Virus record (IMG/VR): IMGVR_UViG_3300042293_000555
Span: 21,046-85,045 of that record
Reading direction: 5' to 3' (one strand)
Length of the DNA: 64,000 bases
Source of the DNA: a virus
This document shows, one piece after another, positions 26,016 through 36,600 of the stretch. Under the pieces are notes generated by a model. That model was not told the origin of the DNA and made no database searches. It was given only the letters and a program-made list of their open reading frames with translations. Position 1 is the first letter of the stretch. Each line of letters opens with the position of its first letter. Made by a program: the position numbers and the translations under genes.

Positions 26016-29000
26016 TTACTTAGTCAAGTCATCATCTTGTGATTGTTCTTTTTCCAATGCTTCCATCTTTTTCTTCTTTTCTAAAAGAATTTTTTGAGAT
26101 TGTTCTTTAAAACTTGATCTTCTTTCCATCCTTTCTTTAGGTGTTACTTTTTCAGGTTTTACAGATTTCTTAGCATTTTTACTGGTAGTATCTTTAATAT
26201 CTTTAGGTAGTGGATGTCTACGATTAACTAAAGCATCAATTTGTTTCTTTGAAAGTTCTTTACCTTCAGGAAGATTTTCAAGTTCTTTTCTATAATCTTC
26301 TCTTTGTGCACTAACTACTTTTCTTTCAATTCTTTCTTCATCCCAAGCTACCTGATCAAAAATTGGTTCAGTAAATACTCTTTCTGATTCTTTACCAAAT
26401 CCCATATATGAATCTCTAAACAAACTTGGAAGTATAATTTTACGAAATTTTTCTCCTTGATCTGAATTTGATACCTGACCATCAAACCATTTTCCTGCAG
26501 ATTTTAAAAATTTATTTACATCAGTAATATAAGTCATTACTCCATTATTAGAAACCATGTTTTTATATAAATCTATAGGATTAGTATACATTGTTGCTGA
26601 TTGAGATAATTGTAATCCCCTATTTACTAATAAATTATGCCATTTTCTTTTATTAGAATCTTCTTCATCGTCATCATCCCACAGTGTTGCATGAGCAAGA
26701 ATTGTAAATGATATCCAAGCTAAGGTCATAGACAAATCTGCCATAAGAGATTTCATATTTCTTAAATCTCTTTCAGTAAACTTACCATCACTAAGTAATT
26801 TTTCATATCCTGAATTTTCATTTATAAGTTCTCTACCTGAAAGTAGGTTAATAGGTGTAGCTATAAATTTTCTCATTAGTAACTTAAGAGTAAGTATTGA
26901 TGATTGTGCTATATTAAGATTTGATCTTACACCAAATATTGATGCTAAACCTAACCCTGCTACTGCTCCTATACCTATACCCCATCCACCACCAATCATC
27001 ATTACCCCTGTAAGTGCTCCATGTATTGCACCTGATGCTTTAGTGTGTGACCACAATCTACCTTTTTTACCTTTCTGTCCTGTTACAAGGTCATCATGTT
27101 CAAAAGCAATTCTACCATAAATTTGCATAGAAAGCCAAGTTTTAAACATAATTAATGCTTTACCTACAACATTGGATTTTAACATCATACCACGTAATTG
27201 ATCATAGTTACCATGTGCAGTTACAATAGCATCAGTTACCTTAGTTCTAAATAAAGTATAAGTTTCACCTTTATTCTGTTCCCAAGCAAGTATATTTTCT
27301 TCAGTTCTAAAATCAGGTTTTAATTTACCATCAACATTTAATGCATCCCATACATTACTTTCTTTACCACTAATACCTTTAATAGGTGTATCTAACATAA
27401 TTGCAACCATCAAGGGAGTCTGATTCATATACTCAGTCCTTTTAGTTAATTGCATTGGTGTAATTGCATTGACTTTTGAAAAAGGTGTTTTTGTACTTGC
27501 TTTCTGTAACTCATTAGTAGCATCCTGAAGAATATCAAATTTGTTAATTAACAAACTTGCTTTCTTTGCACCATTAGGTGTTACCCTTGATTTATTACCA
27601 AGTATACCTTTTATAAAACTACCTGATACAATATGTGCTGCTCTATAAAAATGTTTAGATTGAAAATGATCACCTGTTGATGCAATTATTAAGTTAGCAA
27701 TTTGTCCTTCTATAAAGTTAGTAATTGCTGATTTAATACTAAAACCTAAGTTGATAAATGTAATATGACTTAATAAGTTAGTAAAAACTGCTTCGAAAGA
27801 TGCTCTTTTACCTAATGATTCTCTTATATCTTCTAACTCTTTTTTCAATACCGGATTTGATTCTTCATTAATCATTTTATCAAGCTCTTTCTTGAGTTTC
27901 TGATCTTTAAAAGTAAGTAATCTTCCTGAAACTATACCCATAAGTTTACCAGTAAGTCCTTTTCTCTCATTTAAAGGTAGAGTACTTGCAGTAAGATGTA
28001 TATCACCTTGATTACCTAACACTACTCTATTATACCAATCTTCAAATTGAGAAATTGCCTTATTTCTAAGACCTTTTATTTCTGTTTTACCATTTATTTT
28101 AAGAGTTTCTGACATAGAAGTTTTTACACTTTTACCTGTTTTACCATAATGATTTTTTAAAATATTAATGTAAGGCAACATTTCTTGTCTTGCATTATAT
28201 TCATGAGCCATCTTAGAATAGTATTTGATAATTTTAGGTAAATTAACTGAATGTTCTTCTACAATGTTTGCCATTATAGCTTTTTCAATAATTTGTCCTA
28301 CAGGAATACTTTCACCATATTTCTTTTTTAATTCTACACCATCACTAAGCTCTAATAAATCAGTAAGGTATTTAACAGCTTTAGATGACAGTTCTGAATA
28401 AGCAATAGATGATTTATGATTAACTGGTTTACCATGCAATTTAGCAAACTTAATCATTTCAACTCTTGATCTTTTATCAACTTCTTGTTTGTTGTCACTG
28501 ATAAATGCAGAATTTACTTTTGGTTCACGTTGATTGGTAATTATATCAACATTGTCATAAGTGTTTGATTCTTGTGCATTTATACCAAATCCCATTTTTA
28601 ATTCCTGATAATATGCTGCTGCCATTTTTATCAACTTCTTAAAGAAACTGATATTAGGGTCAGCATAAATTTCAGTAATTGCTTTTTTTACCATAGGTAA
28701 TGAGTTGGAGAACAACCTTGATCTAATTTCTTCAGGAAATTGTTTCATGATGTTGTCCATCTCTTCAGAAATCAAATCATAGTATTCCTTTAACTCAGAA
28801 TGAGCTTCAATTACTTTAAATGATTCATCATAATACCCAGTAGGGGTAGTAGTTTCTTCCATTACATAAGTATCAGAATCTGCACTAAGTTTTCTATTGG
28901 TTACAGCTTTAAATTTTCTTGGTATAGAGTAGTTATATTTATAAGTAGGGTTAACTACTAAACCTTTATAGGTTATAAAACTTGTACTGTTAATATTAGC

Positions 29001-30569
29001 AGAAGAAATAAATGGATTGTGAGCCATTATATCCATTTGTAATTGATCAAAATCTTTCATTTCCAATTCACTCTCAAGACCTACACCCCTTTGTTCTAAA
29101 AATGTTTCAGTATAAAGTTGTTTCCATTTTAAGAAATTTCTAATACTCTTCTTTTGCCCTTCCAATTCTTCTTTATAACCTATAGCACTGATGTTAGATT
29201 TTACATTATCAGTATAACCATCATCATCTTTAAAAAACTCAGCAAATTCAGGAAACTCATCCTGTATTTCCTGCATTCTTCCTAAGTCAAAAGTTATTGT
29301 ATTTTCTCTAAACCAAGTTTTCTTTTTATCAAAAGCTCTTAGTAACCTTTTACTTCTTGCACCTATCTCTTCAGTGTTAAATGCTATATTGACTTCCTGA
29401 TTATATTGAGCCATAAATGAATCTTTAAAGTCAGAAAAATCACTTGTATATCTTTGAGTCAACTTACCACTTCTCTTACCTGTTTTAGATCTTTGAAAAA
29501 ATAAATCAAAAGATACCTGTTTACCTAAAAATAAACCTGAGAGAGTTTGCTTTAATTGTTTCAATACTTTCTCTGCTTTAACTAATGCTGCATTGTGTCT
29601 TTCTTCAAATGACTTATATTCACCAATGTGTTCTGCCCAGTTAGCTTGAAAAGCATCCATAATTACCTGTGGCAGAGTACCATTATTACTAAATATACCT
29701 TTAGATATATCCATTAACAACATATCTATCATATTTGCATCAGGTAATGCTTTTACAATTTCATCATAAGTCATAGTATCATACATCTTCTTAACTCTTG
29801 GATTAGAGTTTACAACAGTTGTTACTATTTCCTTATATGTTCCATTTAACTGAACCTCATGTTTTTTAAAATCAGCTGCAATTTGATTAAGTATTTGTTG
29901 TACTTCATCAGGTAATACTGTAGCTCTTTTAGTAACAGGGTCATATATCTCATGATCAAAAAATAAAGGATGAGAATCAATGTTAATACCATCAATAGTT
30001 TGATTTGTTTGGGTAATCTCCATTGCCTTATAGAAGTTAATAATTCTTTTAGCTTCTTCAGCATTCTCAAATATCTCTTTATTTGCTACAGGGTCATCAC
30101 CCAACTTACCTGAGTTTAACAGCTCATACACTCTTTGAAAATCTTCAAGTGCCTGATACCTTAATTCAGCTAAAGTAAGTGGATTCTCTTTACTTAACTT
30201 ACTTATTTCAGCTTCTAATTCAACAATCCTATTTTGCAGTTTTACCTGTAACTTACCATATCTCTTAGCAGTATTAGGATCACTATCTTTAATTTGTTCA
30301 ATAGTTGTATTAAGATTTGAAATTCTATTTTTATACAGAGTTACTAAAGACTTTTTAAAATCTTTAGTTTTTTCAAAGTTTGTTTTGAAATCCATATCTT
30401 CATCTGCATCTTCTTCAAAACTAAAATCATCATCTTCTACACTAAAAGGACTAAAAGATTCTCTTGCCATAAGAATCTTAATTTTATTCTGAACACCTTT
30501 ATCTTTCAGTAATAGTTTAAACTGTTTTTCAGTATAAACTTTTCCCATAAATTCATAAGTACAGCCCAT
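26016..30569 (-). CDS. large virion cargo/ejection protein (~1517 aa) with C-terminal hydrophobic segments
   Basis: Downstream of the vRNAP gene; Gly-rich TM-like stretch GALTGVMMIGGGWGIGIGAVAGLGLASIFGV; probable start MGC at 30569. Confidence 0.7.
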   Translation of the reverse strand: MGCTYEFMGKVYTEKQFKLLLKDKGVQNKIKILMARESFSPFSVEDDDFSFEEDADEDMDFKTNFEKTKDFKKSLVTLYKNRISNLNTTIEQIKDSDPNTAKRYGKLQVKLQNRIVELEAEISKLSKENPLTLAELRYQALEDFQRVYELLNSGKLGDDPVANKEIFENAEEAKRIINFYKAMEITQTNQTIDGINIDSHPLFFDHEIYDPVTKRATVLPDEVQQILNQIAADFKKHEVQLNGTYKEIVTTVVNSNPRVKKMYDTMTYDEIVKALPDANMIDMLLMDISKGIFSNNGTLPQVIMDAFQANWAEHIGEYKSFEERHNAALVKAEKVLKQLKQTLSGLFLGKQVSFDLFFQRSKTGKRSGKLTQRYTSDFSDFKDSFMAQYNQEVNIAFNTEEIGARSKRLLRAFDKKKTWFRENTITFDLGRMQEIQDEFPEFAEFFKDDDGYTDNVKSNISAIGYKEELEGQKKSIRNFLKWKQLYTETFLEQRGVGLESELEMKDFDQLQMDIMAHNPFISSANINSTSFITYKGLVVNPTYKYNYSIPRKFKAVTNRKLSADSDTYVMEETTTPTGYYDESFKVIEAHSELKEYYDLISEEMDNIMKQFPEEIRSRLFSNSLPMVKKAITEIYADPNISFFKKLIKMAAAYYQELKMGFGINAQESNTYDNVDIITNQREPKVNSAFISDNKQEVDKRSRVEMIKFAKLHGKPVNHKSSIAYSELSSKAVKYLTDLLELSDGVELKKKYGESIPVGQIIEKAIMANIVEEHSVNLPKIIKYYSKMAHEYNARQEMLPYINILKNHYGKTGKSVKTSMSETLKINGKTEIKGLRNKAISQFEDWYNRVVLGNQGDIHLTASTLPLNERKGLTGKLMGIVSGRLLTFKDQKLKKELDKMINEESNPVLKKELEDIRESLGKRASFEAVFTNLLSHITFINLGFSIKSAITNFIEGQIANLIIASTGDHFQSKHFYRAAHIVSGSFIKGILGNKSRVTPNGAKKASLLINKFDILQDATNELQKASTKTPFSKVNAITPMQLTKRTEYMNQTPLMVAIMLDTPIKGISGKESNVWDALNVDGKLKPDFRTEENILAWEQNKGETYTLFRTKVTDAIVTAHGNYDQLRGMMLKSNVVGKALIMFKTWLSMQIYGRIAFEHDDLVTGQKGKKGRLWSHTKASGAIHGALTGVMMIGGGWGIGIGAVAGLGLASIFGVRSNLNIAQSSILTLKLLMRKFIATPINLLSGRELINENSGYEKLLSDGKFTERDLRNMKSLMADLSMTLAWISFTILAHATLWDDDDEEDSNKRKWHNLLVNRGLQLSQSATMYTNPIDLYKNMVSNNGVMTYITDVNKFLKSAGKWFDGQVSNSDQGEKFRKIILPSLFRDSYMGFGKESERVFTEPIFDQVAWDEERIERKVVSAQREDYRKELENLPEGKELSKKQIDALVNRRHPLPKDIKDTTSKNAKKSVKPEKVTPKERMERRSSFKEQSQKILLEKKKKMEALEKEQSQDDDLTK

Positions 30570-30570
30570 G

Positions 30571-33500
30571 TTAATCACATTTAGTTTTTATAATTCCTTT
30601 TTGAATAAGTTCCTGTATTTGTTCTTCTATTTCCTGTTCTTCAGTAAGTTGAGTTTCTTCACTAACCATTGCTTTAACTATCTCTACATTATCAGGAGTA
30701 TTAGACATCAGCAATTTAAATAAATTTTCATTCACATCCTTATTATCACTGTAATTATTAATTAAATCCAATAACTTTTTAATCTCTGTAAGTCCTTTTT
30801 CATCTGCTTCATATTCAGTATCATTCTGTATTGTTTCTATAGCATCTATTAAGGCTTCCTGTTCCTGATCACTTAAATCTTCTTTACTACTAAGTTTATC
30901 TATTGTTAATCTTGCATTTGAAATATTCTTTAAAATCCCATCAACTTTATTCATCAACTTATCTAAAGAATTTGCTGCATCACCTGTAAAAAAGTAATAT
31001 GTAAGTGACTTATATAAATTATCAAATTCTTCAGGACTTACTTTAGTTGGTAATGGAGTAACAAACTTTTTAAATCCTTCTACATCTTGATTAGAACCTA
31101 ATATATGTATTTGTTCAGGTTCAAATACTATTATAAATTTTTCATCAGTATATATGTCACCTAATGGATTTTGTATTAACAATCCATCTACATCAATGTC
31201 ATCATTAGCTAAATTATTAAAAATATTTATACTTTGATAGTTTACTGGTTTAGGTTCAAAATCATTTATTAGTTCAATGGCTTCATTTATTTCACTTTTA
31301 GGTGCATTGTTATTTCTTAATTCATTTATATTATTTTGTAATTTTGATAACTGATTTTTATTATAATAAAAATTTTCTTTATCAGTTGATGTTTTAAAAA
31401 GTTTAGAACTTTCTCCATACTTTACATCTTTAATATTTACAATAGCAGTAGTTCTACTTTCTTCAGATTTATTTGTTACATTATTAGGGTAAAATACATA
31501 TTTGCCATTTATATCTGTTGTAAAATAAATACCTTTTCCACGATTAGTTTTTCTAAATTCAGATAAAGGTTTTCCTCCAAAATGATAAACAATATCTTTT
31601 ACTTTACTATTAGGAAATATAGTATCTAAATATTGAGAATATTGTTCAGCAGTACCAATAGAAGATAATTCAGAATTAGTATCAAATAATTCTTGTACTC
31701 CTGGTTTAACTTCATTTCCAAACTTACTATACTTAACTGATGCACCTTTATATGGTTTAACAGTAGTAGGTTGATAAACTACTTTGCTACCTTCTACAAT
31801 GGGTGCTCCTGTTAAATCAGATAATTCTTTTAGTTTTTCAAAATCTTCGTTAGAAAGAGTCAGATTATTATTACCTTCATTATAATAATCATAATTATCA
31901 AGTAACTCAATTTTATCAATGTTGTGTTGAGTAGCATTAATAAATAATTCATCATAAGAATATCTTAACTCATCATCTAAGGTTAATCTAATAGCATACT
32001 GACCTTGATTTGTATATCTTTTCTTTTTACCTTTATAATCAATTAATGCACTACCTATATCTTGTAAGTAACTTTCCATTATAGGTGAATCTCCTTTAAA
32101 AGAAAGCTTGATAGCACCATGTGGAACACTTTTTGATTTACTTGAATAAGTAGCTAATTCCATTGGAATATTCTTACTCATTAAATCAATAAATAATTGT
32201 ATTGCATCTGAAAGAGTTTTTGCTCCTGCATTATTCATATATGCACCAATATGATGATGCACCCCACCAAAATCAGATACTTTCCATTGATTTTTTAATT
32301 GTTGAAATACTTTGGTTTCATTAGTTTTAAATTTAGTTATTACTGATAAATAGTTTTGAGCTGAATTATTAATGAATAAATCTGCATCAATATTTTTTAT
32401 TAATTCATCAAAAACTAAAACTTTTTCTTGAATAAGTTTATCATCACTTGAATCATCTCTTCTTGTACGAGTTTTAACTAATGTATTTTTTTCTTCTTCA
32501 TTAAAAAAAATATTAATAATGGTATTTATTGATGCAATATCTTTTTCTTGAAACAATTGAGGATATAATTGCCTAAACTCACTATGTTTTTTATCTGTAA
32601 ATACATTATGTAATAATAGTAATTTTTCTAAAAAATTAGCTCTTCCCTTATTTGTTAATTTGTGTAATGAAGGCATTGTTTTAAAAACATGAAGTACATT
32701 TTCTACTCTACCTAAAAATGTAATATGTTCATAATGCATATTGATGTATTCTTCAGATTGAGGTCTATTTTCATATTTTAAAGGAGAATATTCCAATAAA
32801 TTTATCCTATGACCATATTGCATCATTTGTGCAAAATGTTTTAATCTAAAATCCTTATCTAAAGCAGCAATGTTTATATCAGTATAATTAATAGATTTTT
32901 CTTCAAGTTTAAAATCATGAATTTTATTATACTCTTTACTGATTAAAGAAGCTAAAAACTTTCTGATGTTATTTATAAACTCTAAAGCCTTTTGAAATAA
33001 TGTCTTGTTTTCAGTTATTGTTTTTAAATCAATTTTACCTGTAACAAGTCTTGCAATAGTTTCTACTATTGCTTCTTCTATTTGTCCTTTTTCATCTAAC
33101 TCAGGATATAACTCTTTAACTTCTGCAAGTACTTGTTTACCATAAGTAGAAGTCTGAATTTCATTTGATAAACTTTTATACAGCTTAGAGTTATCTTCTT
33201 TAACCTGTTCAATAAATGGGTGTGCAAATTCATGCCAAGCAGTTTCAGGAGTAACCTTAGCTAAGTTAATATAAACTCTACCATCTTCAAACTTACCTGA
33301 ATATGGTAAAGAATTATCATTTACAGTTTCATAAGGAATACTAAACTTATCACTTAATGTTTTTAAAATATCTTCTACATTATTAGGGTCAATACTACCT
33401 TTATCAAACTTAGAATATTTAACACCATTGATGTTATCTATCTGTTTGAATACTAATTTATTAGGTACTATTTTATTACCATCTTCAAAGAATAATTTCT

Positions 33501-33675
33501 CATTCCATTGAGGGTCATTGGCAAAGTACTTTGACTTTGCCTGACCTTTCAATTCTGTATGTAGTTTTCTAAATTGTTTTAAATCTTTTACATTTAGAAA
33601 CTCATCAATAACTCCTTTAGTTCTAAGGAATGATTTAGCATTTGCTTCTGATGTTTTAAATGGTTTACAACTCAT
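30571..33675 (-). CDS. polyvalent virion protein: zincin metallopeptidase plus ADP-ribosyltransferase-like domain
   Basis: AWHEFAH...EE; VYH..GIYFT..IVFEPEQIHILGS (ART-PolyVal-like pattern). Confidence 0.65.
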   Translation of the reverse strand: MSCKPFKTSEANAKSFLRTKGVIDEFLNVKDLKQFRKLHTELKGQAKSKYFANDPQWNEKLFFEDGNKIVPNKLVFKQIDNINGVKYSKFDKGSIDPNNVEDILKTLSDKFSIPYETVNDNSLPYSGKFEDGRVYINLAKVTPETAWHEFAHPFIEQVKEDNSKLYKSLSNEIQTSTYGKQVLAEVKELYPELDEKGQIEEAIVETIARLVTGKIDLKTITENKTLFQKALEFINNIRKFLASLISKEYNKIHDFKLEEKSINYTDINIAALDKDFRLKHFAQMMQYGHRINLLEYSPLKYENRPQSEEYINMHYEHITFLGRVENVLHVFKTMPSLHKLTNKGRANFLEKLLLLHNVFTDKKHSEFRQLYPQLFQEKDIASINTIINIFFNEEEKNTLVKTRTRRDDSSDDKLIQEKVLVFDELIKNIDADLFINNSAQNYLSVITKFKTNETKVFQQLKNQWKVSDFGGVHHHIGAYMNNAGAKTLSDAIQLFIDLMSKNIPMELATYSSKSKSVPHGAIKLSFKGDSPIMESYLQDIGSALIDYKGKKKRYTNQGQYAIRLTLDDELRYSYDELFINATQHNIDKIELLDNYDYYNEGNNNLTLSNEDFEKLKELSDLTGAPIVEGSKVVYQPTTVKPYKGASVKYSKFGNEVKPGVQELFDTNSELSSIGTAEQYSQYLDTIFPNSKVKDIVYHFGGKPLSEFRKTNRGKGIYFTTDINGKYVFYPNNVTNKSEESRTTAIVNIKDVKYGESSKLFKTSTDKENFYYNKNQLSKLQNNINELRNNNAPKSEINEAIELINDFEPKPVNYQSINIFNNLANDDIDVDGLLIQNPLGDIYTDEKFIIVFEPEQIHILGSNQDVEGFKKFVTPLPTKVSPEEFDNLYKSLTYYFFTGDAANSLDKLMNKVDGILKNISNARLTIDKLSSKEDLSDQEQEALIDAIETIQNDTEYEADEKGLTEIKKLLDLINNYSDNKDVNENLFKLLMSNTPDNVEIVKAMVSEETQLTEEQEIEEQIQELIQKGIIKTKCD

Positions 33676-33689
33676 AGTTTATTATTATT

Positions 33690-36600
33690 TTAAATACCAC
33701 ATTCATTTGTTTCTAATGTCCAAGGTTCCTCAGACAAAGATAATTCTTTTTCAGTAGCAGGAGAAAAAGTTTCTAAATCTAAATAGTCATCAGGATTAAA
33801 TACATCTTTAATGACAGTAAGTTTCTTCTTAGCTCTTGACAATGCTACATATAATGCCTGATTCTTAGACTTAGTAGAAGTACCATTTGATAAAATATCA
33901 TTCTTAAATACATAAACATTATTAAATTCAGAACCTTGAGCTTTGTGTGAAGTCAATGCATAACCATATTCAACAGATCTAAATGCTGTTTTATTTTTCT
34001 CATACATTGTTTTCTTAACTCTATCAGCTTCTCCTCTTGGTAATTTTGAATAATAGTTATACAATGATTTTTGAGCTGCTTGAAAAGCTTTAAAATCTAA
34101 TGATTCATCATTAACTCTAATGTTAAACTCCATTCCATCAGCAGACTTAATAGTAAGGTCATAAGCCATATATGTACTGTAAGACTCTTTGTTTGTTTTA
34201 GTATCATAGTAAGCTATAGCAATACCATTAGGTACTTCATTTACCTTAGTTACTTCAAAGTGTTGTCCATTATATACACCTATTTCTTCTCCAAACTGAT
34301 TCTTTAATTTCTCATCAGTAAATTGAGGAGATATCATTTCACCAACATTGAATTTACGTTTAGCACCCTGTTCACCAAACAACATTACTCTTGCCTTACC
34401 ATTCCAATATTTTCTGATTACATTAGAGAATGCTATAACCTTAGTTCCCCACTTATCTTTTTTCAAATCAGCCTCTATTGCTGCATCAATTTGATCACTA
34501 TCTTTAAATTGAACTTCATCACTATGCAACTTAGCTTCTTTACCTTCAAGTACATCCTTAACAATTGCATTACTTCTAACATTAGCTGCAACCATATTAG
34601 CTACTGTAAGTATCATTGAGTCTTTTTCTTGCCTCATTGATTTACTTAAGTGTGCAGTATAATTACCTGAATATGCAGTAAATGTAGGAGAATCTTGTCC
34701 TTCAAGTTTACTATATTTTTCTCTTATTGGTGGTAACTGTGCATTATCACCCATGAAGATAATCTTAGCATTAGGTGCAACAAGTTTTTGAACTTTAGAT
34801 AAATGTGCTAAAAACTCTTCATCAATCATAGAACATTCATCTATGATAATTAATTGTGCTCCACTCAATGGTGACTTACTTACATCAAAATATTTATCAA
34901 TCATAAATGTACCTGATGCATCATCTAATTTTAATCCAATCATTGAAGCTATTGTAGAAATAGTTGCTCTACTACCTATTGATTTCTTAAGAACTTCTTT
35001 TGCATTATGTCCAATAGCACCACCTACTACTTTTAATCCTGGATTATTACTCAATAACTTTTTCATGATAGTGGTTTTACCTGTACCACCACCACCTGTT
35101 AATACATAAGTTTTTGCTGATTTATCTTTAAGAAAATTATTCATTGAATCCAAAGCATTACTTTGTTCTTCATTGGCAAATACCTTTGGAAATAATTCAT
35201 AAGCTGTAAATGCACCTGATTCTTCAACTTCATTATTCAAATCAGTATCCTTATCATCAGACAAATCAACTTTCTTTTGAGTAAGGATTACAGGTGGAGT
35301 ATAATCTTTAAGTTTTTCAGCAAGTTCTGTTGGAGATTTTGTATCAAACTTAGCAAGCATAGCTTCAAACTTATCAATATTTTTATTGATAAAGTCAATT
35401 TCTTCAGGCACTGCAACAGCACCTGCTTCTTTAAAGTAGCTCTGAACAAATGGATAATTGTTGTAGTCTTCCAAATTAACATCTTTAATTAACTTTGACC
35501 ATTCTTCATAGTCATTGATAATCATATCATCAATGTTTAATACTAAGTCTTTAGCTTCAACCATAAAGTTGATTTCTTCTATATCAGCATTCTTCTTAGC
35601 TTCATTTGTTTTTTCAAATGACTTAACAATTTCTGCAAATCTAATCTTTGCTTCTTCCATTGTTGGGGCAACATCAATGAGTGAACCATCATCTGCTAAA
35701 ATCTCATATTCATTATCTTCATTTAAGAAAATACTAAACTTAGAAGTATCCCATACTGTAGTATCAATATCTATTTCTGCTGCTTCAACATCAGCTTTAG
35801 CATCCTTCATTACATTGAAAATCTCTTTAATAGCATTAGCAGTAATACTACCTTCACCAACTGCAATACCTAAATCACTAAACATTTGTTTAATGAAATC
35901 AAAGAACTTATCTACCAAATTCTTATTACCTGCACCATAATCTATTGCTGCCATTTCTGTCTGAAACTCAGGTTCAGTCATCATCATTTCTACAAACTCC
36001 AAGATGTCAGTAACTCCATAAAGTACTTTTGCTTCAAATTGTTTTAATAATATATTTTCATCCTTTTTAGCAGCTTCAATTTCAGTAGCTGTTTTTATAC
36101 TCTTCTGTTTTTTAATTTTCTCCATTACAGTATTGATACCATCAACACCATACTTTTTTTCTAACCCTAACCTTGCAGCTTTATAGATTTTTAATAAATC
36201 TGTAATGTGCTGTGGTATTTCACCAAGAGAATTGTTGAGAGTACCATCAGGATTAAGATACTTAAGTAGTTGATTATCAGTAATAGAGTGAACAGTTTCT
36301 TTAAGGAATACTCTAATCAGTTCATTTTTATCAGCTTGAGCAGTTCTTGGTGGTATAGTAATAGTGTTAGTGCCAGGATTATATTTACCCTTAGCAATAG
36401 TTTCACTTACTACAATCTTAGTTTCATTATTTACAAATGGTAAAATTGCTTGAGCAAGTTTCTTTAAGTCAGGACTAATAGATTTATCAGCAATCATATT
36501 CTTAATAACAGTACTGATATTGTCTATACCTAACCCAAATCTTTCTTTACTCACCATATTAGTAGCTTCTCCTGCTACAGGTAATGGTGTTTTAGGAGCT

